From: an uncultured Candidatus Saccharibacteria bacterium
GTDB lineage: Bacteria; Patescibacteriota; WWE3; UBA101185; UBA10185
NCBI GenBank assembly: GCA_964490125.1
Contig: CAZBAJ010000001.1
Location: 67,573-131,572, forward strand
Length of the DNA: 64,000 bases
Reading direction: 5' to 3'
Part shown: in pieces, positions 57,795 through 64,000 of the stretch
Numbering within the stretch: the first letter of the stretch is position 1
How the letters are laid out: every line of letters starts with the position of its first letter
Translations under genes and position numbers: made by a program
Notes under the pieces: generated by a model
Seen by the model: the letters and a program-made list of their open reading frames with translations, nothing else
Told to the model about the DNA's origin: nothing
Database searches by the model: none

Positions 57795-60395
57795 ATGAGT
57801 AATATTTTTGAACATCTACAAGAAGACGCAATAAAATGGCGAGAAGATGGATACAAAACTGACCAGTATTCTGCGGTTGGTGAAATATTGTCGTGGAATA
57901 GAGACGAGACAGGTCAGTTGCGGTATCTGCGGGAGGCACAATTGAATGCCTTAGAGGTTTACTGGTTTGTACGACTTGTTTTAAAGACGCCAAAACTGCT
58001 TGATTTGTACAACAGATATTATCCTAGAAGTAGCGATTTAGCCAATGCCTTGGGTGTACCTAGAACAAACATAGTTACAAATATGCTAATTGATCACGAA
58101 GATCTATTTGAGAAAATAAAAACAGATGTTGAGTTTGCAAAATCCATGCAGTTGGACTCTTTGCACGAATCCTTAAACCTACCATACTCAAGCTACATCC
58201 TGGCTTTGGCTATGGGCGCAGGAAAAACAGTACTCATAGGTGCCGTTATAGCAACAGAATTTTGCTTAAGCATCGAATATCCTGAAGCAAATTTTATGAA
58301 AAACTCCTTAGTTTTTGCTCCCGGCACCACAATCATTGAGTCTTTAAGGGAAATTTCTGGCATGCCCTTTGACAAAATATTACCACCAAGATTTTATAAG
58401 TCTTTTACAGCCAATATAAAAATGGTCTATACCCGAAACGGTGAAAAAACGATCCCTGTACAGGATTCAAGTACCTACAACATTATTGTAACCAACACAG
58501 AAAAAATAGCATTAAGAAAAATCGCTAAACGGAAAGAGCAGTCCCAATTAGAATTTGAGGAGTTAGAGAAGCAAGAAAAGTTGCTAGCAAATGCTAGGCT
58601 CAATAAGATCTCAAGCCTACCGAATTTGGGTGTATTTTCCGATGAAGCCCACCACACTTATGGAAACAAATTGGGCGACGAATTAAAGCGTGTAAGAAGT
58701 ACCATAAACCACCTACACGCTGAAACTGATCTTGTGTGTGTAGTTAATACCACAGGGACACCTTACTATAAAAAACAACCGATAAAAGATGTAGTTTTTT
58801 GGTATTCGTTAAAGCAGGGTATACAGGATAACATTTTAAAGAGCCTACACAACGGTATTTTAACCTACGATATTAAGGACGAAAAACCCGAGGAAATTAT
58901 CGATGATATTGTCAAGGACTTTTTAGAAAAGTACGATAAAACCGCTTTAAGCAACGGTGCCAAAGCTAAAATCGCATTTTATTTTGCTAATCAGGAGCAT
59001 TTGGACTTATCCAAGCCGTACATTGAAAAATCTTTAGCTAAATACGGACAGAATCCCACGATTATTCTAGTCAATACCCAAAAATCTTCACAGAAAGAAA
59101 TAGATGAATTCAACCGACTTAACGACCCCGATAATCAGAAACGAGTAATCCTGCTTGTTGGGAAAGGTACCGAGGGCTGGAATTGCCCCTCTTTATTTGC
59201 TACCGCCCTAGTTAGGGAGTTTACAAGTTCAAATAACTTTATTTTACAGGCATCCACTAGGTGTTTACGACAAATACCGGAGAATAAACAGCCAGCAACT
59301 GTCTACATAGAATCAAAAAATCAGGCAATTCTTAATAAAGAGTTAAAGGAGACATTTGCTATGAGTTTGTCGGATCTTAACAGAGTGGATCAAAAGATGG
59401 AAACCCAAGTTTTAGAATTTAAAAAGACGGTTTACCCTTCCCTAGAGATTACGCGGACGATAAAAAAGGTTATGCAAGGAACTAACAAACAAAGTCAGAT
59501 CAAACTTTCTAAACCAAAGGGCGTTTACCAAAATTTGGTTGTTAAGTCCATTTTTGAGCCAAAACTAGAAAGTACGGGAACTGTTCTTTCACCAACAGGT
59601 GAGGATGTTCAGGTAATTTTTTCTACTGAAACATACGATATCTATACAGCTGTACAGATGATTACTGATAATTATCACCAGAATTGTCTGCCCATCCTTG
59701 GGGAATTAAGAAAATTGTATCCAAGTGGCCAGTTACCTAGAAACCACCTTAGAGAGCTTTTTGACCAAGTAGAAAGACAATGTCAGAATTACATCACGAT
59801 AGAGGAGAAGATAACCGAGGCCTTGGCTCTGATAAAATTTCAGGATGAGGATCAAAAGCCCGTCTTTTATAAAAACGATAAAGGTGTTTATTGCCACACG
59901 ATCCGATATAAAAAGGGTACTTTTGGAGACAATAATGAGCTTTTAGTCCATCAAAAAGATTATGCTGGAATAAATATCCGAGAGCTTGGTTTTCACTATA
60001 CGCCTTACAATTTTGACTCCGAACCAGAAAAAAGTTTTTACGATTACATGCTTAATAAACTACAAACAAAGGCGGAAGATGTAGATGATATATATTTTAC
60101 AGGGGGTTTAACTAATACAAAGCAAACGGATATGTATTTTCAATACAAAGGAACGGATGATAGATATCACAACTACTTTCCTGACTTTGTCGTGGTCAAA
60201 AAGGACGGAACATTTTTAATAATTGAGATTAAGGCGGAGGGTAAAGAAAACGACCTAGAGGTACAGACAAAAATAAAAGCGGTAAGAAAGTTAGAAAATT
60301 TGCCAGAGAATCGGTTTAAATACGAGATAATTTATACCGACAATCCCGTGCCTGTAAGAAAATTTGAGGGTGCAGAAGCATGGTTAAAAAGTTAA
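57795..60395 (+). CDS. Type III restriction enzyme Res subunit
   Basis: AMGAGKT, DEAHH, EGWNCP and C-terminal YFPDF...IEIK. Confidence 0.88.
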   Translation: MSNIFEHLQEDAIKWREDGYKTDQYSAVGEILSWNRDETGQLRYLREAQLNALEVYWFVRLVLKTPKLLDLYNRYYPRSSDLANALGVPRTNIVTNMLIDHEDLFEKIKTDVEFAKSMQLDSLHESLNLPYSSYILALAMGAGKTVLIGAVIATEFCLSIEYPEANFMKNSLVFAPGTTIIESLREISGMPFDKILPPRFYKSFTANIKMVYTRNGEKTIPVQDSSTYNIIVTNTEKIALRKIAKRKEQSQLEFEELEKQEKLLANARLNKISSLPNLGVFSDEAHHTYGNKLGDELKRVRSTINHLHAETDLVCVVNTTGTPYYKKQPIKDVVFWYSLKQGIQDNILKSLHNGILTYDIKDEKPEEIIDDIVKDFLEKYDKTALSNGAKAKIAFYFANQEHLDLSKPYIEKSLAKYGQNPTIILVNTQKSSQKEIDEFNRLNDPDNQKRVILLVGKGTEGWNCPSLFATALVREFTSSNNFILQASTRCLRQIPENKQPATVYIESKNQAILNKELKETFAMSLSDLNRVDQKMETQVLEFKKTVYPSLEITRTIKKVMQGTNKQSQIKLSKPKGVYQNLVVKSIFEPKLESTGTVLSPTGEDVQVIFSTETYDIYTAVQMITDNYHQNCLPILGELRKLYPSGQLPRNHLRELFDQVERQCQNYITIEEKITEALALIKFQDEDQKPVFYKNDKGVYCHTIRYKKGTFGDNNELLVHQKDYAGINIRELGFHYTPYNFDSEPEKSFYDYMLNKLQTKAEDVDDIYFTGGLTNTKQTDMYFQYKGTDDRYHNYFPDFVVVKKDGTFLIIEIKAEGKENDLEVQTKIKAVRKLENLPENRFKYEIIYTDNPVPVRKFEGAEAWLKS

Positions 60396-60417
60396 TTTAA
60401 GTTTATAATCTGCAAAT

Positions 60418-62172
60418 ATGGAAAAATCAACTACAACCCAAAAAGTTTCTAAAGTAAAAGGCAGACCAATGCTCCATTGGGTTGGCAAAAAGCCGTTAGA
60501 ATTAATCCAAAGCTACCCAGCCCAACTTTGTGAAAGCTTTGGTGTAAAAAAACCTTACGAGACTCCCAGCTTTGAGTCGCTTGATAAAAATTGGAGCAAT
60601 TTATTGTTTCATGGGGACAATAAAGAGATTTTATCGACATTGTTAGTTAACGGATTTAGAGGCAGGGTAGATTTAATTTACATCGATCCTCCGTTTGACA
60701 GCGGGGCGGATTATATTCGTAAAGTTGAATTGCGGGGAACAGACAAGAAGATAGACGGGGAGGAGCAAAACATTATTGAGCAAACGCAATACACAGACAT
60801 TTGGGCAAACGATAACTACCTCCAGTTTATGTACGAGCGATTAATATTGCTAAGGGAATTGTTAAGCGACAAAGGGAGTATTTATTTGCATTGCGACTGG
60901 CACAAAAGCCATTATTTACGGTTTTTACTAGACGAGGTTTTTGGTGACGAGAATTTCTTGAACGATATTTCGTGGTGTTACACAGGACCGTCTGGCTCTG
61001 AAGAGTATTTCCCAAGACGACATCAATACATTTTCCTGTACGCTAAAAACAAAGGGCATCACATCTTTAATCAGGTTTTTGAAAAGCACAAATCCGGACT
61101 CCATAACACAGGGCAAGTTTTTGGATCTAATGGTGATGGTGTCGATGTATCTACCTTAGTAGAAAAGGGAAAGAAGAAAGAAGACTGGTGGGAAGATTCC
61201 TTTGGCGATGAGGTTTGGAAGGATATTTGGAACACAGAGCGTTATAGGGGTCAGCTCACGGAGTATCCGACGCAGAAACCAGAACCATTACTGGAAAGGA
61301 TTATCTTTGCATCGACAAATGAGAATTCCATAATCTTGGACTGTTTTGCCGGGAGCGGTACAACTTTAGCCGTTGCCCAAAAATTGGGAAAAAGATGGAT
61401 CGGAGCTGATTTAAACAAAGGGGCAATCCAAACTATCTCCAAGCGGATTCAGGGCGTAATAAAAGAGTCAAAGGAAACTAAATACCCGTCATTTATTCAT
61501 TATCGAGTCAACAACTACGATTTTCAGGATGATGCATTGATAAAAAGGATTATTTTTGAGAAATATGGCATAGAACAACTTAAAACCGATGGATTTTTTG
61601 ACGGGCTTTTGGGAGGTAAGCTTGTTAAACTGCTGGATTTCCATAAACCATTAACAAAACTCGATATTCAACTTGTTAAGGATGAGCTTGATTTACGCAA
61701 AGATGAGGATCGGGATATTTTGCTTATTTGTAGTGGTTCAGAGTTGGACACTGAAGAGGAGTTGGCTCGTTATAACAGGATTAGCGCAGTAAATCGGATT
61801 CATTACAGAGATGTGCAGAAGGATGGGATCATGGCGTTTGACCACGCCCAAGCAGATATAAAAGTCATTAAAAAGGACGGTAAAGCGGTAGTAGAGATTA
61901 ACGACTATTTTTCTCCCACGATCTTGAAGCGCTTATCACTGGATCGCACGGTATTTGATGAGCAAATTACGGATTTTAGGGCGCAAATCGATGTCGTCCT
62001 TATCGACGTTGATTATAACGGAAAAAGTTTTAATATTTGCATTTCCGATGTGCCCGAGAAGAAAAAGGACTTTATTAAGGCTAAGTACGAGTTTGATATT
62101 AAGGATAAGAAACAAAAAATTGCAGTAAAAGTGGTAGACATGATGGGAGAAGAGGTTTTATTTGTCGACTAG
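60418..62172 (+). CDS. Type III R-M Mod subunit (amino-methyltransferase, beta class)
   Basis: IDPPF, YPTQKPE and DCFAGSGTT motifs. Confidence 0.9.
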   Translation: MEKSTTTQKVSKVKGRPMLHWVGKKPLELIQSYPAQLCESFGVKKPYETPSFESLDKNWSNLLFHGDNKEILSTLLVNGFRGRVDLIYIDPPFDSGADYIRKVELRGTDKKIDGEEQNIIEQTQYTDIWANDNYLQFMYERLILLRELLSDKGSIYLHCDWHKSHYLRFLLDEVFGDENFLNDISWCYTGPSGSEEYFPRRHQYIFLYAKNKGHHIFNQVFEKHKSGLHNTGQVFGSNGDGVDVSTLVEKGKKKEDWWEDSFGDEVWKDIWNTERYRGQLTEYPTQKPEPLLERIIFASTNENSIILDCFAGSGTTLAVAQKLGKRWIGADLNKGAIQTISKRIQGVIKESKETKYPSFIHYRVNNYDFQDDALIKRIIFEKYGIEQLKTDGFFDGLLGGKLVKLLDFHKPLTKLDIQLVKDELDLRKDEDRDILLICSGSELDTEEELARYNRISAVNRIHYRDVQKDGIMAFDHAQADIKVIKKDGKAVVEINDYFSPTILKRLSLDRTVFDEQITDFRAQIDVVLIDVDYNGKSFNICISDVPEKKKDFIKAKYEFDIKDKKQKIAVKVVDMMGEEVLFVD

Positions 62173-62190
62173 TTATGATAGTCTAAAACC

Positions 62191-64000
62191 ATGAACAAAC
62201 AAACTGCCCAAATACTTTGGTTTGATCAAATTTCCAAGCATGATATTGCCATAGCTGGCGGAAAAGGTGCCAACCTGGGGGAAATGACTACCGCGGGAAT
62301 TCCGGTACCTAACGGATTTGTTGTTACTTCTAAAGCCTATTACGACTTTTTGGACAAAACCTCTCTTAAGCAAAAAATTTTAACAGAACTTAGCGGACTT
62401 GATCACAACGACAATGCAAAACTAAACGAAGCGTCCAAAAGAATAAAAACCGCCATTATGGAAGCAGAACTTCCCGGCGAGCTTGCCCAAGAAATTAAAG
62501 AGTTTTATCATACCCTTTCCGGTGAGCACGATAAATTAGTTGCAGTTAGGAGCTCCGCCACGGCGGAAGACCTGCCAGACGCCTCGTTTGCCGGTCAGCA
62601 GGAGACTTATTTAAACATTAAGGGCTGGAAAAATGTAGTGGAAAATGTCCAAAAGTGCTGGGCGTCGCTTTTTGAGTCGCGCGCCATTTTTTACAGGAGC
62701 GACCGAGGTTTTTCCCATTTTAAAATTGGTATTGCCGTGCCTGTCCAACTCATGGTACAAAGCGATGTTTCTGGCATTATGTTTACCGTCAACCCGCTAA
62801 CTAATAATAGGGGAGAAATATCCATCGAGGCGGCGTGGGGTTTGGGTCAGCCTGTGGTTTCGGGAGAAGTTACGCCGGATCAGTATTTAGTCGACAAAAA
62901 AACCTGGCAAATTACGCACAAACATTTGTCCAAACAAACTTGGCAAATGACGCTTATTGGCAACATCAATGTGTCGCGCGATTACCAAGAAGTCCAAAAA
63001 CTGTCCGACTTAAAAATTAAGGAGCTTGCTAAAATTGGCGCGCATATAGAAAGGCATTACGGTCATCCGCAGGACATTGAGTGGGGCATGGAAGGTCACA
63101 AGTTGTATATTGTCCAATCTCGACCTGTCACTACGCTAAAGCAAACTAATATCTCGGAGGAAAAGCAGTCGCTTGATACCAGTAAAGAGGTAACGGAATT
63201 GTTTGCCGGACTTTCTGCCAGTCCGGGAATTGCCAGTGGGCCGGTAAAAATTGTTAAGTCGCCCAGTGAGATTGGCGTGGTTGTGCAGGGCGATGTACTG
63301 GTTGCGGAAATGACCAATCCGGATTATGTGCCGGCTATGCGTAAAGCCTGCGCTATTGTTACAGACAGTGGGGGCAAAACTTCACACGCGGCTATTGTGA
63401 GCCGTGAGTTGGGTGTGCCGGCGGTGGTGGGTAGTGGAGTAGCAACAGAGCGACTTAAAAACGGCCAAATAATTACGGTTGACGGCACAAACGGTAAAAT
63501 TTACGAGGGTAATATTGTTATTCAAAATAAAGTCGCGCAAGTTAACAAATCTTTGTCACAGATTAAAACCGCTACCAAGGTGTATGTAAACTTGGCGGAG
63601 CCTCAACTTGCAGAGGACATGGCCAAGCGCAATGTTGACGGTGTAGGGCTTTTGCGGGCGGAATTCATCATTGCTAATATTGGCACCCATCCCAAAAAGT
63701 TTATTAAGGAAAAACGCTCGCAGGAGTTTGTTAAAAAGTTGGCGGACGACTTAGAGCTTTTTGCTAAGGCATTTGATGGTCGTCCTGTAGTTTATAGATT
63801 TACCGACTTTAAAACTAATGAATATCGTTCCCTCGAGGGTGGTGAGGAGTTTGAAGGAGAAGAGCCCAATCCGCTAATAGGTTTTAGAGGAACGGGCAGA
63901 TACATCGAGGATGCGGAAGTTTTTAATTTGGAGCTGGAGGCTATTAAAATCGTCCGCAATAAAAAGGGTTACAAGAATTTGCATGTCATGTTGCCGTTTG
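62191..64000 (+). CDS. ppsA: Phosphoenolpyruvate synthase (truncated by window; not in ORF track)
   Basis: Hand translation from ATG 62191: GGKGANLGEM, VRSSATAEDLPDASFAGQQET, TSHAAIVSRELG, GVGLLRAEF. Confidence 0.95.
   Translation, partial: MNKQTAQILWFDQISKHDIAIAGGKGANLGEMTTAGIPVPNGFVVTSKAYYDFLDKTSLKQKILTELSGLDHNDNAKLNEASKRIKTAIMEAELPGELAQEIKEFYHTLSGEHDKLVAVRSSATAEDLPDASFAGQQETYLNIKGWKNVVENVQKCWASLFESRAIFYRSDRGFSHFKIGIAVPVQLMVQSDVSGIMFTVNPLTNNRGEISIEAAWGLGQPVVSGEVTPDQYLVDKKTWQITHKHLSKQTWQMTLIGNINVSRDYQEVQKLSDLKIKELAKIGAHIERHYGHPQDIEWGMEGHKLYIVQSRPVTTLKQTNISEEKQSLDTSKEVTELFAGLSASPGIASGPVKIVKSPSEIGVVVQGDVLVAEMTNPDYVPAMRKACAIVTDSGGKTSHAAIVSRELGVPAVVGSGVATERLKNGQIITVDGTNGKIYEGNIVIQNKVAQVNKSLSQIKTATKVYVNLAEPQLAEDMAKRNVDGVGLLRAEFIIANIGTHPKKFIKEKRSQEFVKKLADDLELFAKAFDGRPVVYRFTDFKTNEYRSLEGGEEFEGEEPNPLIGFRGTGRYIEDAEVFNLELEAIKIVRNKKGYKNLHVMLPF

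Noticed and set aside
816-63317. Numerous 60-160 aa ORFs antisense to or nested in long genes, plus 4581..4808, 4647..4952, 4918..5178 and 7944..8162
   Set aside because: Shadow frames of real genes or structured RNA; no motifs or translation signals

Overview
Chromosomal segment of a small-genome bacterium, most likely Patescibacteria/CPR (WWE3/Microgenomates-like; inferred from gene content, not a database search). The housekeeping backbone is secD-secF, recJ, short archaeal-type aspS, gltX, recA-recX-rny-ymdB-HU, type-2 ileS, recO, glyQS, mraZ-rsmH-ftsL-ftsI, yraN, PMM/PGM and ppsA. It also holds a ~17 kb glycosylation cluster and accessory genes: paired PD-(D/E)XK paralogs, PIN and MNT-HEPN TA-like pairs, Bro-N, a GmrSD-like DUF262 nuclease and a type III R-M system. 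The most interesting signals are non-coding. (1) A 73-nt tRNA(Ala)-like RNA (G3.U70, A73, CCA, perfect T arm, no canonical D/anticodon arms) is followed by a ~70-nt RNA with its own promoter-like site that is complementary to two adjacent segments of it. (2) A ~25-bp motif sits just upstream of the -35 of that RNA, of recA and of yraN. (3) Two ultrashort-stem-I T-box riboswitches, Asn specifier on aspS and Gly specifier on glyQS. (4) Two small membrane-protein cassettes share a conserved 3' hairpin. (5) A G8-tract frameshift, an antisense structured RNA, and palindromic elements inserted in frame in genes. All structures were folded by eye; no searches were run.
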